A DNA stretch of 64,000 nt from Octopus sinensis (lineage: Eukaryota). The stretch covers positions 23,374,001-23,438,000 of the forward strand of contig NC_043009.1 in the NCBI RefSeq assembly GCF_006345805.1. Reading direction: 5' to 3'. The translations under genes were made by a program, and so were the position numbers. The stretch's first letter is position 1. Each line of letters opens with the position of its first letter. The notes under the pieces are model-generated. The model saw only the letters and a program-made list of their open reading frames with translations. It had not been told where the DNA came from and did no database searches. Below, one piece after another: positions 1-13,891 of this stretch.

Positions 1-277
1 AAGCGTCCTGGCTGGGCCCTCACTTTATCTAGGACTGCAGTTCTATCAAAGAGATGAGCTATCGAAATACCCATCGTGCTTTATCATCAAGGAAACGCTG
101 CAAGTGTCCCAGTCTCTGTGAACGTCTAACCAGTGCTTCACACGACGGACAACAAATAGAGTGACTGATCAATGGAAAGCGTCTCCACGAAAATGGGAGA
201 GCAGGCGCTTCGTTCGGTAAGACGTCAACTGGAGCAAGATACAACAGCCAGGCGATGTAAAATATCAACACTTCTGC

Positions 278-1990
278 CCGGGAGAGGCACGTTCAACTTC
301 CAGTAACCAGGGCCTTGCCAATGAAATTTATCTAGGTCGACCGTACATATCACAATTTTGGGCTCTATATAGCCAACAATTTTAGAATGTGGATAGCGTA
401 TTCTTATCTACTAGTCTACAGAATATTATCTAGTTGCATTCTCTCGACCAATTTCTGAGTGAGATTGGTCACCTCAATTTTTTTCCACTCGGAGATCTGA
501 ACCAAACCAGACTCCGGGCAAACCAGCCTCCATCCCCCATTCTGCTGCCAATTGCAGTTGGAGACTGCCAAGATGTCTCTATACAAATCAAGTCCACTAA
601 GTAAAGCTTGTAGGGAAAGACCGTCTAAACCAGGTGACTTGCGTATCGTGCAACCAGCCTTCTGGACCGCAATCGAGTTTTTACAACACTCTACTTCTCT
701 TGATGAGGGTTTCGGCTTCTCTTAATGAGAGTACTACCGTCGAGCTAGGTACTCAAATCCGGCCGAGTAACATGAACTCATTATTGTAAGCCAAAGACGA
801 AATTGTGGATTCGTTGCGCATCCACCACTCGCTCCCATCGAACAGCTTTCCTCCTTTCGTGTCTTAGAGCACGCGCCTTAACTCTGGATACGTAGCTTTC
901 GTGCTTTCCATTGAAGAATTTGTCGAATGCCAATCTCGTCCAAATTTTTAACTGTCTCCCTGTATTCTAGCTTCCTCTGTCGCTATGACCTTACTAAACC
1001 AAATCCATTCTACTCTAATCACTCTTTTCAAGGCAAACGACCATTGGTTGTTCATGGTTGACACCGTCAACAACCGCTAAATTAATTCGCTAATGAGATC
1101 TCTATAAGCTTAGCGCACCGGGAAAGGCACGTTCAGCTTCCAGTAACCAGGCCCTGCCAATGAAATCTATTTAGTTCGACCGTACAAATCACAATTTTGT
1201 GCTCTATATAGCCAACAATTTTAGAATGTGGATAGCGTATGCTATTCTTATCTACTAGTCTACAGAATATTATCTAGTTGCATTCGAAGTAACCCGATTC
1301 GGCTTGTTCATATCCATACTGACACAATCAAGGAATCCAGTCGGTACCTGTTATACAGTTGGAAATGTCTGAAGAGGTTTGTGAGGATTTTACACCACCT
1401 AATCCTATCAGCATTCCCCAAGCAATCAAAAAATGCGTTTAAGATTCGATCCATTCACCCTCTATCATTGAAGAGCAAAACTTTCAGGGGTAAAAAATCT
1501 CCAGAGGCCCGAAGCAATATAGTTGTTCTACACTGTCAGATAGACTTCTACTAGTCTGAAGATACCCACTTTGCTGCTATCCAGAACCACCAACTTAACT
1601 TTTGCGTCCATAAAGATGGTCCATATCGTGAAATTCAGGCCTTCCCGAAACAACACAGCCACAATTCTGGTCGACTTGGAGATGTGTATACCTCTTATCC
1701 ACCGAAAATAGGAGTGAAGGGTCGTAGTTTGAAAGTTTGGGTTTCACTGGTGGCTACCACATCTATAAGTAGTGACACGAAGTTGTTGAGCAATTTATTA
1801 GCATTTGCACTGACTATTTTAAGTAAGGCTATGTTAGATGGAAGAAGGAAAGTGAGAAAAAAAAACTACTTACCTCATTTCTGTGGAGAAACAAGTATCT
1901 CGTCCTTCTTGCTGGCTGTGGGTGTCTCCAGAAGTTCTTTATTCAATCTTTTGTTTTTATTCCCCACCATATCTTCTGTTCGATTGGGCA
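278..1990 (-). mobile_element. Degenerate Tx1/L1-clade LINE (ORF2 APE to start of RT), rearranged
   Basis: Minus-strand translation gives APE start KIVSANANKLL..DVVATSETQ (~1820-1740), APE end QGPGYWKLN (~1155-1130, again ~315-290) and RT start KSPGLDGL (~640-618). Many stops and frameshifts. Confidence 0.75.
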
Positions 1991-2159
1991 TTTATTTATT
2001 TTTTTTTATGTGTGTTCTGGTATTTGATTTTTGTATACTAGAATGTGATGTAGTTATTGTATGTGAAGTGTGATCCATTAGTTTTTTTTATTGCTTGTGT
2101 TTATGGTCGTGAAGCAAATGATTTTGCTTTTCATGTTAGGGTTGGTGTTCTGACTCTGC

Positions 2160-2176
2160 GTGTGTGTGTAGTGTGT

Positions 2177-2232
<56 letters not shown>
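2160..2232. repeat. (TG)n microsatellite
   Basis: Direct reading. Confidence 0.95.
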
Positions 2233-2235
<3 letters not shown>

Positions 2236-2444
2236 TTAGTTGTCCTTGTGCTTGTAATGGTAGTGTATGTGATAGTGATTGTGGAGATGATGGGAATGGT
2301 GGTGGTGTTAGTAGCACTGGTGTAGATACTGTTGGAGGTGTTGATACGTTGTTGTTCCCTATCCTATTTGCTCGTCACATTTGTAAAACGCCTTTCTCCT
2401 GTAATCAATCCATAACGAGATATTAAAAACCTATTAGTCACTTA

Positions 2445-2752
2445 GTGGAGGCACATGGCCTAGTGGTTAGAGCAGCGGACTCGCGGTCGAGGAATCGCGG
2501 GTTCGAATCTCAGACCGGGCGATGTGTGTGTTTATGAGCGAAAATGCCTAAGCTCCAAGCGGCTCCAGCAGAAGGTAATGGCGAACTTCTGCTGACTCTT
2601 TCACCACAACTTTCTCTCATTCTTTCCTCCTGCATCTTGCAGCTCACCTGCGACGGACCGGCGTCCCGTCCAGGTGGGGAACCTATACGCCAAGGAAACT
2701 GGGAAACCGGCCCTAATGAACCAGGCGTCGCTCGAGAAGGAACAAACAACAA
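2445..2752 (+). mobile_element. tRNA-derived SINE with V/Meta-like core
   Basis: A-box (TAGTGGTTAG) and B-box (GGTTCGAATC) head, core cctgcgacggaccggcgtcccgtccagg, (AAC)-type tail, short flanking direct repeat attagtca. The same head recurs at 37042-37412 (-). Confidence 0.75.
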
Positions 2753-2984
2753 TTAGTCAGTCACTTTGAGTTAGCTTTTATCCATTTCAGTAAACACACT
2801 GAATAGATTTTCAATCTAATTAATGCCCAGAGTTTTCGTTACTGATACCAGCTTTTCTTGTAAACTTATCGGCTTACTCAAATTCTGTTTCCATTCCTCC
2901 AGCAATCACATCAGTTTAGAGGTATTTTTTCAATGTTTCCAATTCTAAGATGAACATTATTTTTACGATAGGTCGTTCACAAAA

Positions 2985-3185
2985 CTGCTGTATGATGGCA
3001 GAATCGTTAGAATATCTGACAAAATACCATGTGATATTTCTTTCAGCTCTTTACGTTCCGAGTTCAAATCTCATCGGAGTCAATTCTGCTTTTCATTCTT
3101 TAGGAGTCGATAAAATAAAGTATCAATCGACGGTAGCAATTAACCCCACCCTTCAAAATTACTGGCTTTCTGCCTAAATTAGAAA
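2985..3185 (+). mobile_element. Diverged SINE of the abundant family with Nin/Deu-like core
   Basis: Matches the window consensus ggcagaatcgttagc..gagttcaaat..gtcgactttgcctttcatcctttcggggtcgataaa. Further copies at about 3725-3895, 4690-4875, 4890-5110, 5170-5345, 39.3-40.6 kb, 42.4-43.2 kb, 51340-51510 and 63760-64000. Confidence 0.7.
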
Positions 3186-3939
3186 CCATAATTAATTATA
3201 GCACGCTGGTAATGACGCAGATGTTAGACATACAAAGCTAAATATTTTATGAGAGCTACTTCAGGACATCACGTTTCTCGGTTCAAATTACACCGAGGAT
3301 TTTTCTTTTGTTTGTTTTTTTTACTGTTGTTTCTTCGTGAGATTGGTCTATAAAATTAGTACCAATGATATTGCGTTTTATTCAAATTTCTTCGCCACAG
3401 AAAGAAAGAAAGGTGTATATGTTGCTGTTGAGCCGATACAAAATTTAATTTATTATTCATCTGGTAGTTTGGTACAGCAAATTATTCTTGGCAAAAATAT
3501 TCTATGATTCGTTTTCAGTTCTCACTTGGAACCATTTTACTTATTACACTAATTAATTTGGAAAAGACAGAAATAGCAGCACGAAGACTATTTGTTTATT
3601 TATTATTTGTCTGTGTTTTATACTGATTTACCGTGCAATAATTCTATCTTTCCGCCTTCTCCTCGTCAAAATAACCAAACACCAAGAATATACACTATTC
3701 TTGTTATCATGTCAGTTTCCCTGAGGGCGGTAGACTGACAGAATCGATATAGCATCGGATTATATGTCTTGTGGTTATTTGCTCCGGCTCTTTACGTTCA
3801 GTGTTCAAATCCTGTTGAGGTCAACTTTGCCTTTCATGCATTCGGAGTCGATAAATAAAGTACCATTCAGGTTCTGAGATCGATGTTATCGATTAACCAT
3901 CATCATCATCCTCATTTAACGTCTGTTTTCCATGCTGAC

Positions 3940-4591
3940 GGATCTTTTCCTTTTGAACGGCACACAATTTCTAGTTAACTAAACACTTTAAAACTTCGTA
4001 TACTGGTAGAATGTGTCAAAATAAAACATTTTTTTCTCTTGGCTTTCTTGAGAAAATTATAATTTGTTTGTTTAACGTAGTTTAATTTTTCGAATTTTAA
4101 CCAATCCTATGCTTTCTTTTGAGCTAAAATCATTTGCTGCGTCTAAAACTGAGACAACATCCTGTAACTAACCCTAAACCTCCCCCATAACCCTAACCCT
4201 AACCCTAAATTTCTTTTTTCTTAATTGTTAAATTAATTTAATTGTTACGCGTGTAAAAAAAACTAAAGCAATGGAATTAAATTAATTTAACAATTGAGAA
4301 AAAAAAATAGGGTTAGGGTTAGGGTTAGAGGAGAGGTTTAGGGTTAGTTACAGGATGTTGTCTCAGTTTTAGACGCAGCAAATGATTTTAGTTGAATGGA
4401 GGTAATCGATTGGTTAAAATTGCCGAAATGCTCGGATTTTCAGACGAAATATCTTACAAACTATAGAATTTTCTCAATAAAACCAAGAGTAAATGATGTT
4501 TTATAAACACATTCTACCAGTATACGAAGTTTAAAAGTGCTTAGTTAACTAGAAATAGTGTTGACATCTGCCGTTCAAAAGGAAAAGATCC
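3940..4591. mobile_element. Fold-back MITE, GGATC termini, 8-bp TSD (Merlin-like or hAT), internal TTAGGG tracts
   Basis: TIR ggatcttttccttttgaacggca..tgccgttcaaaaggaaaagatcc; TSD ATGCTGAC at 3932-3939 and 4592-4599. The whole element is an imperfect palindrome and interrupts another SINE tail. Confidence 0.9.
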
Positions 4592-6039
4592 ATGCTGACA
4601 TGGGTTGGACGGCTTGACAGGGCTGGCAAATTCTATTGTTTGTGTTGGCTTTCCTTTGATAAGCCTTCCCACTACAAGCACAAGACCTGATATTTCTTTG
4701 TGGATGGGGAGCTATTCGATTACATTGATCTCAGTATATAACTGGTACTTATTTCATCAAAACTGAAAAGATGAAAAGCAAAGTCGACCTTGGCGGAATT
4801 TGAACTCAGAACGTAAAGGCGGATGAAATGCCGCTAACCATTTTGTCCACCTTGCTAACGGTTCTGCCAGCTCACCCCACTTTGCTGCCCTTAATAATGG
4901 TTTCAAATTTTGGCACAAAGCCAACAATTCCAGAGCAGGGGTTAAGTCGATTACATCGACCTTAGTGATCAACTGGCACTTATTTTATCAACTCCCAAAA
5001 GGATGAAAGACAAAGACGACCTCGATGGAACTTGAAGTCAGAACATAAAGACAGAGGAAAGGCAACTAAGTATTTTGTCCGGGGTGGTAACGGTTCTGTC
5101 AGCTCAGCCCATTTATTGTCCTTAATAAGAAATGTGTTTAGTTTAAACACGCTAAACTAAACTCAATTATTATTAAGGGCAGCAGGCGATATTTGTGCCG
5201 GGTCTGTACGTGCCGAGGTTAACTTTGCCATTCATACTTTTGGAGTCGATAAAATAAGGTATAACTCAAGCACTGCGGTCAATGGCATCAATTAAACACC
5301 ACCCAACGAAATTTGCTGGCCTTGTATCTAAATCAAAAATAGCCGTTGGGGTTTCAAGTTCAATCACATCCTACAGCACCTTGGATGCTTTCAATAGCCC
5401 CGGGCCGACCAATGCCTTGTGAGTGCATTTAGTAGATGAAAAATGTGTGGAAAGACAGCGTATGCGTGCGTCTGATGCATGCTGATGTTTTCCAAATGCA
5501 TAAATATACAGAGTTACATACACATACACATGCAAATATACACACGCACATACAAACACATGAATATGCAGAATACATACATACAAACGTACACACATAC
5601 ATATATATATGTATATGAACACACATACTCATACATGCATACATTCTTTCATTCATTCATTCATACATACATACATACATACATACATACATACATACAT
5701 ACATACATGCATACATACATACATACATACATACATACATACATACATACATACATACATACATACATACGTGTATGAGCTCGCACACTGACCCACACAC
5801 ATGCATACAAACAACCAAAAAGGACGCAGCTCGGAAAACGGACAGAATCAACGGCTATCGAAAAGGTTGCAAGACGCAACGAAAATTTTAGTAAAAACAA
5901 AGAAGTAAGTGAGTGGAAACTGAACCGGTGCATGTGTTAAATAATAAGGCACAAAAAGAGAATGACTCTCTCTAGACACAACAAAATATGCTTCAACACA
6001 CGAACTCACATAAGGAATCTTGCAAATCAAATCCCAAAA

Positions 6040-6080
<41 letters not shown>

Positions 6081-6084
<4 letters not shown>

Positions 6085-6442
6085 AGTGGCTGTGTGGTAA
6101 AGTAGCTTTACCACATGGTTCCGGGTTCAGTCCCACTGCGCGGCACCTTGGGCAAGTGTCTTCTACCATAGCCTCGAAACGGCCAGAACCTTCTGAGTGG
6201 ATTTAGTAGACGGAAACTGAAAGAAGCCCATCGTATATATGTGTATATATCTATATGTGTGTGTGTATGTGTTTGTCCCCGCTACATCCCATGACAACCC
6301 CGTAACTTAGCAGTTCGGCAAAAGAGGCCAATAGAATAAGTACTAGGCTGACAAAGAATAAGTCCTGGGGTTAATTTTCTCGAGTAAAGGCGATGCTCCA
6401 GCGTGGCCGCAGTCAAATGACTGAAACAGGTAAAGGAATAAA
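6081..6442 (+). mobile_element. tRNA-derived CORE-type SINE
   Basis: Head ggagtggctgtgtggt..ccgggttcagtccc, core gcaccttgggcaagtgtcttct, tail ggcgatgctccagcgtggccgcagtcaaatgactgaaac. Many further copies at about 24.4, 44.0, 47.6, 50.5, 51.1, 53.4, 62.0 and 63.3 kb. Confidence 0.85.
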
Positions 6443-6466
6443 AATATAAGTATAATTAGACAAGTA

Positions 6467-6884
6467 GGATCTTTTCGGTTTGAACGGCAGTTTTTTCTAG
6501 CGGTGTCATATGAAATTGTCACCCATAATTATGACCCTAGAATCGATCTATTGCATTTCCATCTTTTAGGGTTAGGGTTAGGGTTAGGGGTGGGGGAAGG
6601 GTATCTTTTTTTTCTTCACAAACGTAAATAAACCCAATCTGTTTCTTAAACGAGGGACACATACGGTACAGAATGCTTTTTTAACTCAATAGACGTCACT
6701 GATTGGTTGAAATTGCAGAAATTGAAGAAAAAAAATAATAAATATCTTACAAACTATAGAATTTTCTCAATAAAGCCAAGAGAAAAAGATGTTTTATAAA
6801 CACATTCTACCAGTATACGAAGTTTAAAATTTTTTAGTTACCTAGAAATTATGTTGAAAACTGCCGTTCAAACCAAAAAGATCC
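6467..6884. mobile_element. MITE, GGATC termini, 8-bp TSD (second subfamily)
   Basis: TIR ggatcttttcggtttgaacggcag; TSD GACAAGTA/GACGAGTA; shares ~170 bp of one arm with the 3940 element; contains (TTAGGG)n. Confidence 0.85.
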
Positions 6885-7081
6885 GACGAGTAACCAATAT
6901 GACATATATGGAAGAGTTTACAAGGCATCAGTTATAAGATTCATCCACGAATGTTCTTAATGGTTACAATATAATTAATATTGGTATACTCCTAGAAGAG
7001 TTAGTAGTTATAAGGAAAATCTCATAGTATTGATAATTAATTTATATAATAAGCTGAGGTAGACTATCATGGAGAGCTAAC

Positions 7082-7683
7082 GGATCTTTTCCTTTTGAAC
7101 GGCACTTTGTAACATAATTTCTAGGTAACTAAAAAGTTTTAAACTTCCTATACTGGTAGAATGTGTTTATAAAACATCATTTTCTCTTGGTTTTATTGAG
7201 AAAATTCTATAGTTTGTAAGATATTTCGTCTGAAATTTCGAGCATTTCGGTAATTTTATCCAATCGATTACCTCCATTGAGCTAAAATCATTTGCTGCGT
7301 CTAAAACTGAGACAACATCCTGTAACTAACCCTAAACCTAACCCTCAACCTAAACTTTTTTTTTCTTAATTGTTAAATTAATTTAATTGCGTAACAATTA
7401 AATTAATTTAACAATTAAGAAAAAAATTTAGGGTTAGGGTTAGGTTTAGGGTTAGTTACAGGATGTTGTCTCAGTTTTAGACGCAGCAAATGATTTTAGC
7501 TCAAAAGAGAGCATAGGATTGGTTAAAATTCGAAAAATTAAACTACTTTAAACAAACAAATTACATACAATTTTCTCAAGAAAGCCAAGAGAAAAAATGT
7601 TTTATTTTGACATATTCTACCAGTATACGAAGTTTGAAAGTGTTTTAACTAGAAATTGTGTGCCGTTCAAAAGGAAAAGATCC
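7082..7683. mobile_element. Fold-back MITE, same family as 3940-4591, opposite orientation
   Basis: Same TIR; perfect TSD GAGCTAAC (7074-7081 and 7684-7691). Confidence 0.9.
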
Positions 7684-7811
7684 GAGCTAACTTAATTAGC
7701 GTTGGCTCCTCGTTAATTAAACAATATATTTCATTATACACAAACAGAACACACGCGCACACACATATGCGTTCTCTATTATCAAAATAATTCGTTTCTG
7801 TGAATACTTAC

Positions 7812-8200
7812 CTATTTTGCAATTAGCATTTAAAAAGCGACACCAGCCGAAACACAGGTGTAACTGTGTAACTGATGTCGCTTTTTCTGCCCTTCTTTCT
7901 CAGTAGCAGTTTCGTTTTTCTCTTCATTCCCTTCGCGTGTTTCTTAGCTGCTGCTGCTGGTTCGTTGTCGTCGCCACCAGCGCCACCTTCTAATACTCAC
8001 GGCCATCAGTACATACCCGCACACGTTTGTGTCTGTATGTACTTCATGCTACGTAATGCTATTCGGTTCTTTCTCCCACTACGCTCCACATTAACCGCCG
8101 GGTATACTATTTCATTTCGGCGGTACGCTTCAAGGCAACAGGGAATAAGATCTCGCACTTCGTCTTACATAGTTATCTTTCTCATATGTTTGCATACATA
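7812..8200 (-). promoter_or_regulatory. Candidate promoter / non-coding first exon of a minus-strand gene
   Basis: Unique, locally CpG-rich segment ending in a consensus donor (aaatag|GTAAGT, intron from 7811). No downstream exon found in the window. Confidence 0.3.
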
Positions 8201-8288
8201 CATACATACATACATACATAAATTTTCCCTCCAAAATTCTGCCATGCGCGCTTTCTGGGTAATCGTAATGGAATGAGGAATCCACATG

Positions 8289-9056
<768 letters not shown>

Positions 9057-9726
9057 ATATTTCGGAATGGTCATATTGCCAGTTTAGCCAATAAAAACAC
9101 ACGCACTATATATTTGGTGTTATTTTGCTTCAGTGATATTTATTTTTTACATTAATCTTAATCTTATTTCGGCCAAAGTTCTTTCGTCACACTCCTGTGA
9201 CCGCATCAGTGGTCCTTTGTTTTCTTCTCACTTACTTGTGTCTCTCCTTATTAACCGTCAGCCATTTTGTATTTCTATTGTATGTCTTCATTTGCGCATG
9301 CTTATATCTCTATGTGCGTCTATGTTTATTTAGTGTGTGTGTGGGGGGGATGCCTGTAATATTTGTATCTTCTGGTTATATACATTCTTGTAATTTGTAT
9401 TTTGTTTTTGTTGTTGTTGCTTTTGTTCTAATTTTGTTCATGTGTTTACATCCACCCATTATTATCATTACATATGCTTGTATGTATGTATAACAACAAT
9501 ATTAGTAATAATAATAATAAATCTAATCGAAGAAAAAAAAAAAAAGAATATACATATACATATATATATATACATACATATACATATACATATATATATA
9601 CATATATACACACATATATACACATATACATATACATATATATATACACATATACATATATATAGATATTCATTTCTATTTCTTTAATTACCTGTGTATT
9701 TATTATGTTTGCAGGATCCACTATTG

Positions 9727-12500
9727 TCATATGTTGTGGTGTGCGCTATTGCTCCATTCTAGTTTTCTATTCAGGCTAGGTTTATTTTCTATTATATGTG
9801 TAGCTTCTGTAATTTGTCTAATTGTTGCATCTGTTCTATGTGTGGACAATATCTTAATCTCTATGTTATTGATTGATCCCCCGTGTTCTTGTTCGGCGTG
9901 TTGGTACAGAATCGATGAGCTTTTACCTTCCTTGAGTTGTCTCCAATGTTCATTCACCCGCTCACCAATGCTTCTACCAATTATAGATCTGATAGGGTTG
10001 CCTGGCTTTTCAACAACCTTAATTCTTAGTTTAAGTTTATCTAGGGTCCTTCTAAAGCGGTACGCTAGTTCACCTCCAGGGGTGGTGTCAACGAACATGA
10101 CACTCTGGTATTTATGGCTATCATACCAAGAGTTGGCCTTCCCTATTTTCTTTTTTGTCCTTTCTATAGTGTTCCATGACTTGTTCCTATAGAGTGGGCA
10201 AATCCCATTCCTATCATTACATAATATATTATCAAATTTCTTCATGGCTCCTTTGTATACTCTGATCCTTTCTTTATGGCTGTAACCTGAGAACTGCATG
10301 CGGTGAATGAAATACTGTATGTGTCTCTTTAATTCTGTAGGCTCGCACATGCGTGACACATTTCTCATTATTCTGACGAGGTCTGCCATCAAAATATTGA
10401 ATTTGGCATTGCCCGCAATGGCTGGATCAGGTATTTTGAGGCCATAGGTTTTGCATAGTATGAATGAAGGATTTGGGTTTTATTTTTCACAATTTCTAGC
10501 CAGAGTTCAGTGTCTAGTACTGGTAGTCTATGGTTGGGGTGTTTAGTGGGGTAGTCTATTGTGACCTTAATACTCTGGTGGATGGAATTAGCTATTTGCT
10601 GGATGCTCTCCATAGTATTAGTTTCTATTACTATATCAACAGTACTCTCTTGTGGGGGTGCCTTTACTACTATATTGATATCATCAACATAGCGAGAGTA
10701 CATGTTTACGAGTATGGATTTCTGCAGTAGGCATTCTTTAAGCCTTCTGTCCCACCATACCATGAAGAGGTTGGCCACATCACCAGCGATACTAACACCG
10801 ATGGCTGCCCCCTCGTCCTGGGCATATATTTTATTATTAAATTTAAATGTGTGGCCTTTTAGGGTAACTCTTATACTAGCTCCTAGTGCATGTGCGATCA
10901 TTTTCTTTACCTGATGGACATTTGCGGGGCTCCGTATGGCTCTGGTCCATCCGCGCCATCTTTCTATATGTGTCTTCCTAGCCATAGAAGTAATTGTAGG
11001 CGGTCTACCTCTTAAACATCTACTGGGGCAGAAACTACTAAGATTATGTTTATCTAAGTATTCACTATTATATGTCAGTCTAAGTAGGAGGCCCAGTTCT
11101 TCTGTGTCGACATTACAGAACTCCACCTGGCTCTCGTTGATCATCTCCACGCACTTCTCCACTGCAAAATCTACGTCAATCGATGGGTATAGGGATACCA
11201 CATCCATGCTACCTACTATACATCCTGTCAAGTCACAAGTTTTGTTACAGTCACTGATCCTGCTTAGGAGATCTTCTGTGCTGTCACACACATCAGGTGA
11301 CATCCTGATTATAGGGCGTATGATCATTGAGAGGAAGTAGGAGATTCTGTAATTGCTAGCGATATTCGCTCCACAGACTGGTCTTGTTGGTGGTCCTGCT
11401 ATAGGGTCAGTAAAACCTTTATGGTCCTTGCGAAGTCCATACAGTGCCGGGATATCATTGTTCCAGGCTTGGAAATTCTTTGCAGTACGTTTCTGAGGTC
11501 CCAGAACAATTGTCCACATCATCATGTGGGCATTGAGGACCTTTTCTCTCTCCTCATGCGCCTGTACAGTTGTTACTTTTGTATTGGCGATATGAGGTTG
11601 CATTGCCTGGATGTAGTTCGGTAAGCTGTCTATTGACATCCTGCCGGACTTATCCGTGGGAAGGCATATCACCTCTCCGTTCCTCGTGCGCTGAATGAGC
11701 TTCTGTAGGCCACATGCAGGTTTAATCCCTAGTTGTTGGGCATCTGTCTTATTCTGTCTCTGTCTCTTAATGTATAATCCTAAAATCTGTCTAAGTTTGG
11801 TCCTAGCTATAGTGAACTGTGCTTCCATGTGGTCATTAGTACGTCTTGGGATGTATACTCTTTTGTTGAAGGGTAATGTTGTTGGATAAATTCGGTTCAT
11901 GCAGTAAGTTTTGTCGCATACGTTGAAGAATTGAGTGTCAAAGGGATGGGTATACATGTCAATGGTCTCTCTAGGGTTATCTTCATTATCGTTACTGTTT
12001 CCAACATCAGCCTTCCTATTATTATTATCACCATTACCACTACTACTACTACTAGTATTCCTATTACCACCACAATTATCACTACTATCCTCATTACTAC
12101 TTCTACTGTTACCATCACCACTACTACTACCACTATTATTGTTATTACCTTTATTCCTACCATTGCCATTATTACTATCATCGCTAGTGATATATTCATT
12201 GTTCCTGTTTCTGGTATATGTGTTGTTTATATTAGTGTTGGGTTTTATGTCTGTCTGTTGGTCCCTGTCAATCCCCCTGTTGCGGTCGTTATTTTTGTTC
12301 CTATGAGTATTGTTATCTGTTTCGAGTCCGCTGACTCCCTGTCCAAGGATCCTGTTGCATTCAACTTTATTCTCCATCGTGACCCCTATGACACAACTTT
12401 TATTCGTGTCTTTGTGACTATGGCTATCTGTGTGTGTGTTTGTGTGTCGGTTCTCCCTATAATTGTTGTTGTTGTTGCTGTTGTATACGATTTTTCTCTC
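9727..12500 (-). pseudogene. PLE reverse transcriptase-endonuclease ORF, disrupted
   Basis: Motifs TDKSG, PALYGLRKDHK, PTRPVC, GSMDVVSLYPSI, YAQDEGAAIG, YSRYVDDI, LPVLD, then thumb and EN C-terminus ([21 protein letters not shown]). Frameshift near 10390-10420; the GIY-YIG N-terminal half is deleted at ~9976. Confidence 0.88.
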
Positions 12501-12505
12501 TCTGT

Positions 12506-12850
12506 TTGTAAAGCCAGAAATGTGGTCTATAGTATAAGATGTATAGATGTATAGAGGGACGATGCAGTAACAAGACAGTAACATACGTAGGGGAAACTGC
12601 AAGAAGCATTGGTGAGCGGGTGAATGAACATTGGAGACAACTCAAGGAAGGTAAAAGCTCATCGATTCTGTACCAACACGCCGAACAAGAACACGGGGGA
12701 TCAATCAATAACATAGAGATTAAGATATTGTCCACACATAGAACAGATGCAACAATTAGACAAATTACAGAAGCTACACATATAATAGAAAATAAACCTA
12801 GCCTGAATAGAAAACTAGAATGGAGCAATAGCGCACACCACAACATATGA
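12506..12850 (+). pseudogene. GIY-YIG endonuclease segment in the inverted pLTR
   Basis: [34 protein letters not shown]; an 8-bp duplication (gatgtata) at ~12538-12553 shifts the frame. Confidence 0.85.
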
Positions 12851-13360
12851 CAATAGTGGATCCTGCAAACATAATAAATACACAGGTAATTAAAGAAATA
12901 GAAATGAATATCTATATATATGTATATGTGTATATATATATGTATATGTATATGTGTATATATGTGTGTATATATGTATATATATATGTATATGTATATG
13001 TATGTATATATATATATGTATATGTATATTCTTTTTTTTTTTTCTTCGATTAGATTTATTATTATTATTACTAATATTGTTGTTATACATACATACAAGC
13101 ATATGTAATGATAATAATGGGTGGATGTAAACACATGAACAAAATTAGAACAAAAGCAACAACAACAAAAACAAAATACAAATTACAAGAATGTATATAA
13201 CCAGAAGATACAAATATTACAGGCATCCCCCCCACACACACACTAAATAAACATAGACGCACATAGAGATATAAGCATGCGCAAATGAAGACATACAATA
13301 GAAATACAAAATGGCTGACGGTTAATAAGGAGAGACACAAGTAAGTGAGAAGAAAACAAA

Positions 13361-13405
13361 GGACCACTGATGCGGTCACAGGAGTGTGACGAAAGAACTT
13401 TGGCC
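13361..13405 (+). ncRNA. Variant/degenerate minimal hammerhead in the PLE pLTR (mirror copy 9171-9215, minus)
   Basis: GGACCA-CTGATGCG-GTCAC aggagt GTGAC-GAAAG aa CTT|TGGCC. Stems I and II pair, but the core deviates from CUGANGA. Confidence 0.45.
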
Positions 13406-13580
13406 GAAATAAGATTAAGATTAATGTAAAAAATAAATATCACTGAAGCAAAATAACACCAAATATATAGTGCGTGTGTTTTTATTGGCTAAACTGGCAA
13501 TATGACCATTCCGAAATATAACAATATCTGTTTCAACAGACGACTTCACATAAAAAATCTTGCACAAAAAATATTTAAAC

Positions 13581-13638
<58 letters not shown>

Positions 13639-13891
13639 AATTAATCAATATAGGGTGGCAAAAAAAATCTACGAAATTTTTTGCCACCCTATATTTCGTA
13701 GAAATTTTTTGCCACCAGCGGCCTAGTGGGAAAAAATTAAATAGTCATAGACCATTTATAAATTCAACATCAAAATCAAGGAACGGCCATAATAGGCCAT
13801 TCACCCACTAGAAATAACAGCCAAAGCTTCAACCGCAAAACAACATTAATTCCGCAAACCAGGAGAAAATTAAAAAAACATTTACCCTGTA

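Noticed and set aside
2445-2520. Functional tRNA genes (also 26280-26350, 26790-26870, 54447-54520, 58515-58590)
   Set aside because: A/B boxes are present but there is no complete cloverleaf, and each continues into a SINE body or is decayed.
4180-4345. Telomere or chromosome-fusion site suggested by inverted (TTAGGG)n
   Set aside because: The tracts are short and internal to a TSD-flanked MITE present in several copies.
11897-12554. Thr/Ile/Leu-rich ORFs (11931-12554 +, 11935-12306 +, 11897-12199 -)
   Set aside because: Alternative frames of the trinucleotide-rich low-complexity N-terminal region of the PLE.
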